A stretch of DNA of 64,000 nt from an uncultured Gemmatimonadales bacterium (GTDB taxonomy: Bacteria > Gemmatimonadota > Gemmatimonadetes > Palauibacterales > Palauibacteraceae): positions 128,001 to 192,000 of the forward strand of contig CAWANJ010000009.1 of NCBI GenBank assembly GCA_963783385.1, in the 5' to 3' direction. This document shows, in pieces, positions 41,340 through 52,894 of the stretch. The position numbers were made by a program, and so were the translations under genes. Numbering within the stretch: the stretch's first letter is position 1; the number at the start of each line of letters is the position of its first letter. The notes under the pieces were generated by a model. It saw only the letters and a list, made by a program, of their open reading frames with translations. It was not told the origin of the DNA and did no database searches.

Positions 41340-42685
41340 TCATTGTCGATCGAACGCTCGCCAGACTCGCCGCCGAGGACGATCCCATCCGGGTGGGGAT
41401 GATCGGGGCCGGGTTCATGGGTCAGGGAATCGCCCGCCAGCTACTCAGGTACGTGCAGGGAATGAAGCTGGTGGCGGTCTCCAATCGCCACCCGGAGCGT
41501 GCCGAACGGGCCTACCGTGACTGCGGCGTGGATAGTCCGCGCTCCGTGGCCACCCCCGCCGAGCTGGAGGAGGCGATCGACGCCGGAGTCCCGGCGGTCA
41601 CGGACGATCCGACGGTCGTATGCCGGGCGGGCTCGGTGGACGTGGTCCTGGAGGTGACCGGCGACATCGGCTTCGGCGCCGACGTGGCCGTGGATGCGAT
41701 CGACCACGGAAAGCACTTCGTCACCATGAGCGCGGAGTTGGACGGAACGGTCGGACCCATACTGAACCGGCGTGCCGAACGCGCGGGAGTCGTGTTCACG
41801 CAATCCGACGGGGATCAGCCTGGCGTCCTCATGAACCTGTACCGGTTCGTGCGAGGCATAGGCGTGTCCCCGGTGCTGTGCGGGAACATCAAGGGGTTCC
41901 ACGATCCACACCGCAATCCGACCACGCAGAAGCCGTTCGCCGACAAGGTAGGCGAGAGCCCGGAGATGATCACGTCCTTCACGGATGGGACCAAGATCTC
42001 CTTCGAGCAGGCGACGGTGGCCAACGCCACGGCAATGGGCGTCGCCTGCCGGGGCATGCTCGGCCCCCAGGTTCCGGCGGGCACGCCGGTGGAGGAGGCG
42101 CCGCTCTGGTATCCTGACGAAGTGCTCGCGGGCGACCGCGGCGTCGTGGACTATGTGGTGGGTGCGGTGCCCGCTCCGGGCGTGTTCGTATTGGGACGCA
42201 TGGAGGATCCGGTCCAGCAGCACTACCTGAAGGTGTACAAGCTCGGCAAGGGACCCGTTTACGTCTTCTATCGACCCTATCATCTGTGCCACTTCGAGGC
42301 CCACAACGCCGTGGTCCGGGCGACCGTGTTCGGCAATGCCACCCTGGCCTCGCGCAACGGGCCCTCGGTGGAAGTGGTGGCCACGGCCAAGGTGGACCTC
42401 GAGCCGGGGGATCGGCTCGATGGCCCGGGCGGCTACAAGACGTACGGCCAGTGTGAGGCAGCGGCGGTTGTCGCCGACGAGGACCTGCTCGTGATGGGGA
42501 TCTCGGAGCAGGCCCGGGTGGTGCGGCCTGTGGCGAAGGACGAGGTGATCACGCGCCGGGACGTAGAGCTGCTCGGTGACCGGATGGTGGACCGGCTGCG
42601 AGCGGAGCAGGACCGCGCATTCGGGGGCGCCGCACGGGGAGAGCCGGCGGCCGTTCAGCGCTCGAGCCGATCCCGCGCATCCTAG
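41336..42685 (+). CDS. NAD(P)-dependent oxidoreductase (homoserine-dehydrogenase-like) with C-terminal SAF domain
   Basis: IRVGMIGAGFMG, GDQPG, SFTDGTKI, YRPYHL, AKVDL.PGD.LDGPGGY. Confidence 0.85.
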   Translation: MIIVDRTLARLAAEDDPIRVGMIGAGFMGQGIARQLLRYVQGMKLVAVSNRHPERAERAYRDCGVDSPRSVATPAELEEAIDAGVPAVTDDPTVVCRAGSVDVVLEVTGDIGFGADVAVDAIDHGKHFVTMSAELDGTVGPILNRRAERAGVVFTQSDGDQPGVLMNLYRFVRGIGVSPVLCGNIKGFHDPHRNPTTQKPFADKVGESPEMITSFTDGTKISFEQATVANATAMGVACRGMLGPQVPAGTPVEEAPLWYPDEVLAGDRGVVDYVVGAVPAPGVFVLGRMEDPVQQHYLKVYKLGKGPVYVFYRPYHLCHFEAHNAVVRATVFGNATLASRNGPSVEVVATAKVDLEPGDRLDGPGGYKTYGQCEAAAVVADEDLLVMGISEQARVVRPVAKDEVITRRDVELLGDRMVDRLRAEQDRAFGGAARGEPAAVQRSSRSRAS

Positions 42686-42716
42686 GTGGGCCGGTCCGGG
42701 TACCGCGAGTGGTAGT

Positions 42717-42743
42717 GGAGCCGGGCCCTCCGGGCCCGGCTCC
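42717..42743. terminator. 12-bp GC stem-loop between convergent genes
   Basis: GGAGCCGGGCCC-TCC-GGGCCCGGCTCC. Confidence 0.55.
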
Positions 42744-42751
42744 GACCCGCG

Positions 42752-43513
42752 TTACATGCCTTCCTGGACGATCGAGAGGTCCGGGCGGTACCTGAGGACC
42801 ATGGTCGTCGTCTCCCAGTACGTGCCCGTGATGGTCTGGAACAGCTTCATGGCTTCGTCCTTTCCCAGATGTTCCGACAGCATGGCGTCCATGCTCGGCT
42901 GGATGGGCTCGAAGCTGGCCCAATCGGGATGGAAGATGGCCAGGTAGCGGTCTTCACCCCGTCCGCCATTGACCGGCATCTCCCAGGCGTAGTGCACCGG
43001 CCACTTACTCGTGACGATGGCCTTGTGGATCTGGTCGATCGCCCGATCGAAGGCCTGCACCTGGTCGGCCTTCAGGTGATAGACGACCATCTCGACCATC
43101 GCGTAGCCCTCGGGCTTGTCGGGCAGGATCATGTGCGCCGTGTCGACGACGGTGAGGAGGCTGGTCTCGGAGGAGAGGTGGGGGGCCACGTCGGCGCCGA
43201 AGCGCTCGCTGCCCCTGGGTCCGAAACCGCTGTCATAGGCGTCCAGGTCGGCCCAGGCGTGCCCCCCGGAGCGGGCGACGAACGTGCCGAGACGGTCACC
43301 GTTGACGACCTGGTAGATCTCCCAGCTCCACGGGTCGCCGGCCTGCTTCCGCCAGGCGGCGTGGGCCTTGAGCGCCTGCTCGAACACGGCTGTCTTGCTG
43401 GGGGCCGGCGTGAACCAGTAGGTGCGGGCGACGTTCTGTGCGGTCGCCTGGCCGGCGGGCACGGCCACGCCGAGGACCACGAGGCTGAGCAGGAACCGTC
43501 GGACGATGGACAT
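42752..43513 (-). CDS. Secreted hypothetical protein with two similar halves (NIPSNAP/dimeric alpha-beta-barrel-like)
   Basis: GGAGG RBS, signal peptide (ATAQ); the halves share F..A / VNG / WA..D(E) patterns. Confidence 0.7.
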   Translation of the reverse strand: MSIVRRFLLSLVVLGVAVPAGQATAQNVARTYWFTPAPSKTAVFEQALKAHAAWRKQAGDPWSWEIYQVVNGDRLGTFVARSGGHAWADLDAYDSGFGPRGSERFGADVAPHLSSETSLLTVVDTAHMILPDKPEGYAMVEMVVYHLKADQVQAFDRAIDQIHKAIVTSKWPVHYAWEMPVNGGRGEDRYLAIFHPDWASFEPIQPSMDAMLSEHLGKDEAMKLFQTITGTYWETTTMVLRYRPDLSIVQEGM

Positions 43514-43721
43514 CGGTCGACCTCCTTCCAGGGGAGAAGGGAAGCGGGAGCGCTCCGGTGCGTGTCCGGATCACGGAGACCCTCGCGGTCTGCCCGCCAC
43601 GCGGACGTCGGGCCGGAAGTCGCAGCGGAGCGGAGTTAGGTCAGGATAAAACCGATGTTATGGTCGGATGATCCGACCCGCAACGGGGAGGCTCGAAGGC
43701 GGGGCGAGGGCTGGGGATCGG

Positions 43722-43817
43722 TCACCAGAAGCGGCGGTTTCTCCGGTGCAGGAGTCGGTCGACGATCTGGCGGGTGAGGCGGGCCGTGGTCTCGAGCAGA
43801 CTGCGAAGCAAGGTCAC
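43722..43817 (-). CDS. Candidate 31-aa basic amphipathic peptide MTLLRSLLETTARLTRQIVDRLLHRRNRRFW
   Basis: GGGAAGGGAGGG immediately upstream of GTG; mostly G/C-ending codons; lies in an otherwise empty gap. Confidence 0.35.
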   Translation of the reverse strand: MTLLRSLLETTARLTRQIVDRLLHRRNRRFW

Positions 43818-44154
43818 GCCCTCCCTTCCCACGAGGGACGGTCTCCAACCCCTGCGCCGGCTAGCGCCGGAGGGTGACGGCCGGTCGTGTCACGGTGCTC
43901 CATTGGGTTCACCGTCCTGGAGTTGCGCCTCGACGGTCGGTGGGGCGCATGCGCACGCGTCGTTCCCGGGCTCGGCAACGTGTCAATGAATCTCGATGTA
44001 TTTGTGAGTAGGCGACTTATGACCGGATCGGCTCACGAAGCGGCGAGATCCCGCCGGCGCCCGGCCCGGCCTTTTTTGCAAGAAATGGCGCGTACTGCGG
44101 ATAGGACGGTCTATCCAAGATCCCGTGGAAGAGCCCTGGGATGCGGCGCCTCGC

Positions 44155-44835
44155 TCAGTCTTCCTGCTCGGGCAGCCAGCGGGGCAGGGTCTCCACCGCG
44201 GTGCCCCAGTGGGCCTCCAGCCGCCGGGCGGCCTCCTCGAGATCGTCCGCCGCGACGGCCTCCCGGATGCCGCGGTGCTCCTCCATGGCCTGAGCGGATT
44301 CGACAGGAGCTCGCTGGAAGGCCTGCTCGTAACGTGTGACCCGGTTCTTGACCCGCGCGAGCTCCTCGTGCAGGACGGCGTTGCCGGCCGAGCCTGACAG
44401 CAGGGCTTCGTGCCAGGCCCGGTCGAGCTCGATCTGGCGTCCGGGATCGTCCATGCAGCCGTGGCGTTCCCGGTCGAGGTCGGCCATGCGGTTCCGCTCC
44501 TCGGCGTCGGGGAGGCCTTCCGAGAGCAGGGCGTGCCGCTCGAGCACCCCGATGAGGGTGTAGAGCTCGTGCGCTTCCTCACGGGTGAGCGGGGCCACGA
44601 AGTAGCCACGGTAGGGGCTCACCGACACGAAGCCCTCGAGGGCGAGCAGCAGGAGCGCCTCCCGGACCGGGGTTCGGCTGGCTCCGAGCTGTTCCGCGAG
44701 CTCGCGCTCGTTCAGATCGGAGCCCGGCGACAGCCTTCCCTCCATGAGCCACTCGCGGACGATCGCCCGAATCTGCTCGCGCAGCGGCGGCCTGTTGAGT
44801 AGCGGTGCATCCCCGGGGTCGTTGACGGGCTTCAT
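44155..44835 (-). CDS. GntR-family regulator (FadR subfamily, FCD domain)
   Basis: L.PG..LNERELAEQLGASRTPVREALL.L..EG HTH; WHEAL...GN and EEHRGI..A FCD motifs. Confidence 0.92.
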   Translation of the reverse strand: MKPVNDPGDAPLLNRPPLREQIRAIVREWLMEGRLSPGSDLNERELAEQLGASRTPVREALLLLALEGFVSVSPYRGYFVAPLTREEAHELYTLIGVLERHALLSEGLPDAEERNRMADLDRERHGCMDDPGRQIELDRAWHEALLSGSAGNAVLHEELARVKNRVTRYEQAFQRAPVESAQAMEEHRGIREAVAADDLEEAARRLEAHWGTAVETLPRWLPEQED

Positions 44836-44914
44836 CGAAGGCGCTCCGGATCGAGTTCGTGTCGCCACGGACAGGTCCCGTCCAGGGTGCAAACTAGCCC
44901 GGTCGCGTCGTCAA

Positions 44915-44924
44915 TGGTATACCA
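44915..44924. promoter_or_regulatory. Candidate GntR/FadR autoregulatory operator
   Basis: Perfect palindrome TGGTATACCA 80 bp upstream of the gntR start, next to a TTGACG hexamer on the minus strand. Confidence 0.5.
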
Positions 44925-44971
44925 GCCGATTCGGCGTCCCCGGCGGCCGAACCCGGACTCGGCGAGACGCC

Positions 44972-45562
44972 TCAGCGGCTCGCGTCGGGGCCCGCGGAGT
45001 CGGGAGCGTCCGTCGTGTCGGGCTGGGACTGTGTGTCGGGCGCCGCGTATGCGGCCCCGGCCGGAGGTGGGGTCGAGATGGCGGCCCCGCCCCTGGACCG
45101 CTCGGCTCCACCGGGCAACTTCCTGACTCCGAGGAGGTCGGGCTCCTGCACGAAGGGTCGGTAGGTCTGGACGCCCAGCGTCACCGAGTCGCCACGGGCC
45201 ACCAGGAGGTCGATCTCGGGAACTTTCTTGTCGAAGGTGGCCAGCATCGCCCCCTGCTTCGTGTCCACGGTGAGCAGGAGGCGGCTGCCTTCCTTTCCTT
45301 TCTCGACCACGAGCCCCTCCACGCGTGTCGCGCGTCCACGCAAGGCGGCCGGCAGGTAGGGACGAAGGAGACCGGGGACGAATATCGTGCCCAGGACGCC
45401 GAGGACGAGGCCGCTCACCAGCCACGGCCACCGGCGAAGGCGGCCCCGGCCGGAGCCGCCGCCTCCCCGGGAACGCCTCCCCGAGCCGCCGGATCCTGCA
45501 TCGTCGTCGTCCAGGCCCGGGATGTCCGGGATGTCGGGAATGTCGAAAGACTTCGGGCTCAT
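44972..45562 (-). CDS. Hypothetical single-TM membrane protein
   Basis: Acidic N-terminus with DIP repeated three times, one TM, then a beta-rich domain. Confidence 0.65.
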   Translation of the reverse strand: MSPKSFDIPDIPDIPGLDDDDAGSGGSGRRSRGGGGSGRGRLRRWPWLVSGLVLGVLGTIFVPGLLRPYLPAALRGRATRVEGLVVEKGKEGSRLLLTVDTKQGAMLATFDKKVPEIDLLVARGDSVTLGVQTYRPFVQEPDLLGVRKLPGGAERSRGGAAISTPPPAGAAYAAPDTQSQPDTTDAPDSAGPDASR

Positions 45563-45715
45563 AGTCTGCTTCCGCCGGTTCCGGTGGAGGGGCTGGTGGC
45601 GTGGCTCGCGCCGCGCGGTCACTCCCGAAGGTCGGGTGCGTCGCCGGAGGGGGCAAGCGTTCCGCTCCCGCCTCCCTCCAGGACTACGAGCCTCGAGCGG
45701 ACGGCGTTTCCCGTC

Positions 45716-46444
45716 CTACAGGATCCTCTGGAACAGCAACATGACGGTCATCGACCCGCTCGTCAGGATTCCGATCAGCCAGCGCGGCGCGTCCTCGAAC
45801 GCCTCGGGGAGGAGCTCGAGGAACACCATGAACACCATGGCCCCGGCGGCGAAGCCAATGCCGTAAGGCAGCGCGGGGTGGATGGTCTCCACCAGGAGAT
45901 ACGCGGGCACGGCCATGAGGGGCTGGGGCAGGGAGGAGAACACGCTCCAGCCCGCGCACGCCAGCACGCTCGTGCCCTCGGGCCGCAGCACCGCGCTGAT
46001 GGCCAGACCCTCGGGAACGTTGTGGACGGCGATCGCCACGGTGATGAGGAAGGCCAGCTCGGTCCCGCCGCCGAACGCCGCGCCGACCGCGACACCTTCC
46101 GAGAAGGAGTGGACGGTCATGACCAGGACGATGAGCAGCATGCGGCGCGCACCCGCCCCGGTCACTTCGCCGAAGGAGACGTCCTCCTGACCGATCCACC
46201 GGTGTGCCAGGAGAACGAACAGGAGGCCGACGTTGGCCCCCACAATGGTCTGCGGCGCGCCGTGCCGGCTGCCCTCGGCCAGGAGCCCGAAGGAGGCGCC
46301 CAGCATGAGGCCGGCGGCGAGTGCGTTGGCCAGCGCGGCCGTCCGGCCGGAGATCCGCTTCACGAACGCGAACGGGACGGCGCCCAGTCCGGTGGCCAGC
46401 GCCGTGATCAGACCGTAGAAGCCCACCAGCAGGATCTGGTGCAT
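45716..46444 (-). CDS. ZIP-family metal transporter (ZupT/GufA-like)
   Basis: ATGLGA.P, AAGLML.ASF.L, VHSFSEGVAVG, AVHNVPEGLAI, GFAAGAM...ELLPEA. Confidence 0.92.
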   Translation of the reverse strand: MHQILLVGFYGLITALATGLGAVPFAFVKRISGRTAALANALAAGLMLGASFGLLAEGSRHGAPQTIVGANVGLLFVLLAHRWIGQEDVSFGEVTGAGARRMLLIVLVMTVHSFSEGVAVGAAFGGGTELAFLITVAIAVHNVPEGLAISAVLRPEGTSVLACAGWSVFSSLPQPLMAVPAYLLVETIHPALPYGIGFAAGAMVFMVFLELLPEAFEDAPRWLIGILTSGSMTVMLLFQRIL

Positions 46445-47172
46445 CAGCCGACCCAGCCGATGAGGAGGGCCACCATGGACAGGGCGGCGCTGGCCACCAC
46501 GGCGATGCTCGTGTGCCCGGCCTGCCGATACGACTCGGGAAGCAGCTCGACCAGCACCAGGTTGGCCAGCATGCCGGTGGCCAGGCCCAGGACCCAGGAG
46601 AGGGTAACCGGGGCGGCGCTCACGACCGCGTAGGTCGCCACGGCGACGAACACCTGAGGAACGTTGGTCGCGACCCCCGTGAGGGCGGCGGTGGTGAGGC
46701 TGACGCCACGGGAGCGCTGCACGGCTCCCAGCACGATGACCTCGGGGATGTTGTGCACCGCCATGGTGGCGGCGGTGAACAGCCCGAACGGGAGGCCGAC
46801 CGCCATGGCGGCTCCGATGGCGACTCCCTCGGAGCCCGCGTGCAGGGTCTGGACGAGCGCCACGCGATAGCCGTATTCCGGTCCGGTCTCGCCGAGCCGG
46901 TTGAGCGACAGGTCCTCGGTGCCGGTGGCGGCGTGGGTCCAGGCGATGAACAGGATTCCCGCGAGGGCCCCTACGGCGGCGGGCACGGCGGCCTCTCCCT
47001 TCACGGTGCCGAGCGCGAAGGCCGTACCGAACATCATGCCGCCGGCGAGCGCGTTGGCCCAGCCGATCCAGCCCTCCGGAACGCGCGCCCGCCCCACGAG
47101 CGGGAGGACGCCGAGGGCGGAGGCCGCGGCCGCGACGCTCGCGGCGAGCAGGGTCAGGATAGCGGGGTGCAC
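46444..47172 (-). CDS. Second, divergent ZIP-family transporter
   Basis: LHAGSEGVAIG, AVHNIPEV, ELLPESY; its stop overlaps the next start (TGATG). Confidence 0.85.
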   Translation of the reverse strand: MHPAILTLLAASVAAAASALGVLPLVGRARVPEGWIGWANALAGGMMFGTAFALGTVKGEAAVPAAVGALAGILFIAWTHAATGTEDLSLNRLGETGPEYGYRVALVQTLHAGSEGVAIGAAMAVGLPFGLFTAATMAVHNIPEVIVLGAVQRSRGVSLTTAALTGVATNVPQVFVAVATYAVVSAAPVTLSWVLGLATGMLANLVLVELLPESYRQAGHTSIAVVASAALSMVALLIGWVG

Positions 47173-47292
47173 GAGAGGCCGGCTCCTGGGTCCGAAGGGG
47201 ACGTCCGGCGGCGAACGTGGCGACGCCGTGCCGCGGCGTGCATCCTATCCACCCCCGCGACCCGCGACCAGCCTCGGGACCCGGAGAGGTCC

Positions 47293-48021
47293 ATGGATCG
47301 ATACGTCGATGGCCCGTATGGACGAGCGTTGCGCGCCTACCATGGCGGGGGCGGCGAGGCGCTCGAGCTGGCGATGCGCTCCGACCTCGGGGAGAGCGAC
47401 GCGATCCCGGTGTCGGTCTTCTTCCGCGAGCCGGCGGAGTTCTTCTCCTTCGAGCGTGAGGCTCTCCGGCGCTGCCGGGGTCGCGTGCTGGACCTCGGCG
47501 CCGGGACCGGCGTCCACAGCCTGGTCCTCCAGGACCGGGGCCTCGAGGTCGTGGCCGTGGAGATCGATCCGGAAGCGTGCCGGGTGATGCGCGAGCGGGC
47601 GGTGCGCCGCGTGGTGCGCGCCGATGCGTTCTCGTTTCGGGGCGGTCCGTTCGACACGGTGCTCATGCTCATGAACGGCGCCGGACTGGCCGGCACCCTG
47701 GAGGGGCTGGGCCTCCTCCTGGCGCACCTGGCCGGGCTGGTGACGCCGGGGGGCCAGATCCTCATCGACTCGGCCGACCTGAGGCCGGAGCAGGGGCGCG
47801 CCGTGCCCTTCTCCCGCCGCGAGGACGGTCGCTACGTCGGTGAAGTGCAGATCCAGCTCGGGTTTCGCGGCGAGTGGGGCGCTCCCTTCCCGGAGCTGTA
47901 TGTGGACCCGGACACGCTGTCCATGATCGCGGACATCGGCGGCTGGCGCACCGAGGTGGTGCTCGACGAGGAGGACGGGAGCTTCCTGGCTCGGCTTGAA
48001 GCGCCCGGGGACGCCCCGTAG
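47293..48021 (+). CDS. Class I SAM-dependent methyltransferase
   Basis: GRVLDLGAGTG.HSL.LQ, FDTVLMLMNG, GGQILIDS. Confidence 0.88.
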   Translation: MDRYVDGPYGRALRAYHGGGGEALELAMRSDLGESDAIPVSVFFREPAEFFSFEREALRRCRGRVLDLGAGTGVHSLVLQDRGLEVVAVEIDPEACRVMRERAVRRVVRADAFSFRGGPFDTVLMLMNGAGLAGTLEGLGLLLAHLAGLVTPGGQILIDSADLRPEQGRAVPFSRREDGRYVGEVQIQLGFRGEWGAPFPELYVDPDTLSMIADIGGWRTEVVLDEEDGSFLARLEAPGDAP

Positions 48022-48030
48022 CTTCAGCCA

Positions 48031-49937
<1,907 letters not shown>

Positions 49938-49971
49938 CGCGGACGCCGGGCGCCGCCCGCCAGGAATGCGA

Positions 49972-50001
49972 ACGGCCCGCCCCGGAGAGGAGCGGGCCGT
50001 C
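49972..50001. terminator. Stem-loop between convergent thiC and iorB-like genes
   Basis: ACGGCCCGC...GCGGGCCGT inverted repeat. Confidence 0.5.
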
Positions 50002-50027
50002 CCGCATGGGATCGATTCGAGCCGGCG

Positions 50028-52250
50028 CTACACCGAGATGGGCAGGCTCCGGATCGGCTTGCCGGTGAGCGCGCGAAGCGCGTTGCACACGGCCGGCGCG
50101 ATCGGCGGGGTGCCCGGCTCGCCAATGCCGCCCTGGTCGGCGTCGCTGTCCATGACGACGTGAACCTCGACCTCCGGCATCTCGTCGATGCGCAGCATGA
50201 GGTAGTCGTCGAAGTTCCCCTGCTGACAGCGGCCGTTCTGGATGGTGATGTTCCCGTACAGGGCCGCGGTGAGCCCGTACACGATGGCGCTCTGGATCTG
50301 CGCCTCGATGATGGAGGGGTTCACGGTGGGGCCGCAGTCGACGGCGGCGACCACCCGGTGCACCCTGGGCTTCCCGCTCTGGATCGAGACCTCGGCCACC
50401 TGCGCCACGTGCGAGTTGAAGGACTCGAACACGGCGATGCCCCGCGCCCGGCCCGACGGGAGGCTCTTCCCCCACCCGGCCCTGTCGGCGGCCAGGTCCA
50501 GGACGCGGCGATGGACCGGCTTGTCGGCCAGCAGGTCGTGCCGGTACTGATAGGGGTCCTTGCCGGCCAGGTGGGCGAGCTCGTCGATCATGCACTCGAC
50601 CACCATGCCGTTGAAGCTGTTGTTGACCGAGCGCCAGAACCACACGGGCACGCCCACCTCCGCGTCGTGGTAGTCGACGTGCACGTTGGGGATCGCGTAG
50701 GGCATGGCGACCGCCCCCTCGACCGCCTCGGTGTCGAGGCCGTTCTTCAGCGGCTGGCCAGAGAACACGCGCGTGATGGAGGGAGCCACGACCCGGTGGC
50801 TCCAGGCCACCGGCTTCCCGCTCCCATCCAGCGCGGCGCGGAGCACGTGGTGGTTGGCGGGACGGAAGCCGTCGTGGCGGACGTCGTCCTCGCGCGACCA
50901 CACCGCCTTCACGGGAGCGCCCGCCGCCTTCGACAGGAGCACGGCGTCCTCGACGAAATCCTGCATGGCCCGGCGCCCGAAGCCGCCGCCCAGGTAGGTC
51001 GTGTGCACCTGGACCTTCGAGGGATCCACCCCCGCCAGCTTGGCCGCCGTCTGCTGGTTGGCGGTCTGGAACTGGGTGGGCGCCCACACCTCGCACCCGT
51101 CCGGGCGCACGTGGGCGGTGGCGTTCATCGGTTCCATGGTGGCGTGCGCCAGGTAGGGAAGGTCGAAGGTGGCCTCGTGCACGCGCGAGCCGGCCTTCCC
51201 GAGCACCGCCCCGGCGTCCCCGTCGTCCCGGGCCACGGCCCCGGGCTTCGCGCCCAGCTCCCGGAAAATGGCCAGGATCTTGTCGCTGGACTGGTCGGCC
51301 CACTGCCCCTCGTCCCACTCGATCTGGAGCGCCTTCCGTCCCTGCAGCGCCGCCCAGTAGTGGTCGGCCACCACGCCCACCCGGTCGCCCAGGTTCACGA
51401 CCTTGCGGACGCCGGGGACCTGCATCGCCTTCGAGTCATCGAGGCTCTTGACCTTGCCGCCGTAGACCGGGCAGCGGGCCACGTTCCCGATGAGCACGCC
51501 CTCGGGCCGGACGTCGATGCCGAAGGTGGCCGAGCCGTCCGTCTTGACCGGCGTGTCCAGGCGCGGGTGCGGCGTGCCGAGGATCCGGAAGTCCTTCCGA
51601 TCCTTGAGGGGCGGGTCCTCGGGGAGGGTCTCGGCCGCCGCGGCCTCGGCCAGCTCGCCGTAGGTCGCACTATGGCCATTGCCGTCGGTGACCTTCCCGT
51701 CCGACGCCGTGCAGCTCGATGGGTCGATGCTCCACTTCTTGGCGGCGGCGGCGATCAGCATGATGCGCGCGGCCGCGCCCGCCTTGCGCAGGGGCTCCCA
51801 CGCGGCCCGTACGCTGGTGGAGCCTCCCGTGCCCTGCATGCCGAACATCGGGTTGAAGTACTCCTTCGCCGCCGGCGCGAACTCGAACCTGATGTCGTCG
51901 AGCTTCACCTCGAGCTCCTCGGCGAGGAGCATGGGGAGGGCGGTGGTGACGCCCTGGCCCATCTCGGATCGGTCGACCATGAAGGTGACCTGACCGTCGG
52001 TCCCCACCCGGATCCACGCGTTGGGCGCGAACGCGGCCTGCTCGGTCGTGCCTCCGGCACCGGTCCGGTCCTTCGGCGAGCAGCCGGGAATGGACACGGC
52101 CAGCACGAGGCCCGCTCCCGCCACGCCCGCGACCTTTACGAACTGCCTCCGGTTCAGACCGCCGGAAGCCGTCGCGCTCGCGTCCACCGCCGCCCGCGAG
52201 CCCAGGGAGGCCCACACGCCCTCGATCCCGTCCTTCGTCCAGGCGCCCAT
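50028..52250 (-). CDS. Molybdopterin-binding subunit, isoquinoline 1-oxidoreductase beta-like, Tat signal
   Basis: LNRRQFVK, EMGQG, TGGSTSV, HATMEP, GGGFGRR, WRSV, GIGEPGTPP. Confidence 0.93.
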   Translation of the reverse strand: MGAWTKDGIEGVWASLGSRAAVDASATASGGLNRRQFVKVAGVAGAGLVLAVSIPGCSPKDRTGAGGTTEQAAFAPNAWIRVGTDGQVTFMVDRSEMGQGVTTALPMLLAEELEVKLDDIRFEFAPAAKEYFNPMFGMQGTGGSTSVRAAWEPLRKAGAAARIMLIAAAAKKWSIDPSSCTASDGKVTDGNGHSATYGELAEAAAAETLPEDPPLKDRKDFRILGTPHPRLDTPVKTDGSATFGIDVRPEGVLIGNVARCPVYGGKVKSLDDSKAMQVPGVRKVVNLGDRVGVVADHYWAALQGRKALQIEWDEGQWADQSSDKILAIFRELGAKPGAVARDDGDAGAVLGKAGSRVHEATFDLPYLAHATMEPMNATAHVRPDGCEVWAPTQFQTANQQTAAKLAGVDPSKVQVHTTYLGGGFGRRAMQDFVEDAVLLSKAAGAPVKAVWSREDDVRHDGFRPANHHVLRAALDGSGKPVAWSHRVVAPSITRVFSGQPLKNGLDTEAVEGAVAMPYAIPNVHVDYHDAEVGVPVWFWRSVNNSFNGMVVECMIDELAHLAGKDPYQYRHDLLADKPVHRRVLDLAADRAGWGKSLPSGRARGIAVFESFNSHVAQVAEVSIQSGKPRVHRVVAAVDCGPTVNPSIIEAQIQSAIVYGLTAALYGNITIQNGRCQQGNFDDYLMLRIDEMPEVEVHVVMDSDADQGGIGEPGTPPIAPAVCNALRALTGKPIRSLPISV

Positions 52251-52251
52251 C

Positions 52252-52719
52252 TCAGCCCTCCTTCCCGGCCAGCCCGGCGGCCGTGTGCACGGCCTTCCGG
52301 ATGCGTTGGTAGGTGCCGCAGCGGCAGATGTTGCCCTTCATGGCCCGGTCGATGTCCGCGTCGCTCGGGCTGCCGTTGCCGGCCAGGAGTGCGGCCGCGC
52401 TCATGATCTGGCCCGACTGACAGTAGCCGCACTGGGGCACGTCCTCCTGGATCCACGCCCGCTGGACGGGGTGGCTGCGGTCCGTGGACAGCCCCTCGAT
52501 GGTGGTGATCTTAGAGCTGCCCACCGACGAGACAGGAGTCAGGCAGGATCGTACTGCCTCCCCGTCCACGTGCACGGTGCAGGCGCCGCACTGGCCGATG
52601 CCGCACCCGAACTTGGTGCCGGTGAGGCCGATCACGTCCCGGAGCACCCACAACACGGGCATGTCGTCGGGGACGTCGACCTGGTGCGACTGGCCGTTCA
52701 CGGTGAGGGAGATGGGCAT
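52252..52719 (-). CDS. (2Fe-2S)-binding subunit, isoquinoline 1-oxidoreductase alpha-like
   Basis: [32 protein letters not shown]. Confidence 0.95.
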   Translation of the reverse strand: MPISLTVNGQSHQVDVPDDMPVLWVLRDVIGLTGTKFGCGIGQCGACTVHVDGEAVRSCLTPVSSVGSSKITTIEGLSTDRSHPVQRAWIQEDVPQCGYCQSGQIMSAAALLAGNGSPSDADIDRAMKGNICRCGTYQRIRKAVHTAAGLAGKEG

Positions 52720-52894
52720 GTCGGGCCCTCCGCTTCGTAGGGGACGGATGCCGAGCGGAACCTGAGGAGCGTACCGGCAAAGTGGGCGAACCGGGCCGAA
52801 TCGTCAACGGGAGGACGGCGGTGCGCCGCGGCGTTCCAGCTCCTCGCACGCCCACTCCCTCGCGGCCGGTCGCCGCGCCGGCGACCTTGTGGCC

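Noticed and set aside
45515-45545. Short tandem repeat encoding DIPDIPDIP
   Set aside because: In-frame low-complexity coding repeat, too short to suggest an array.
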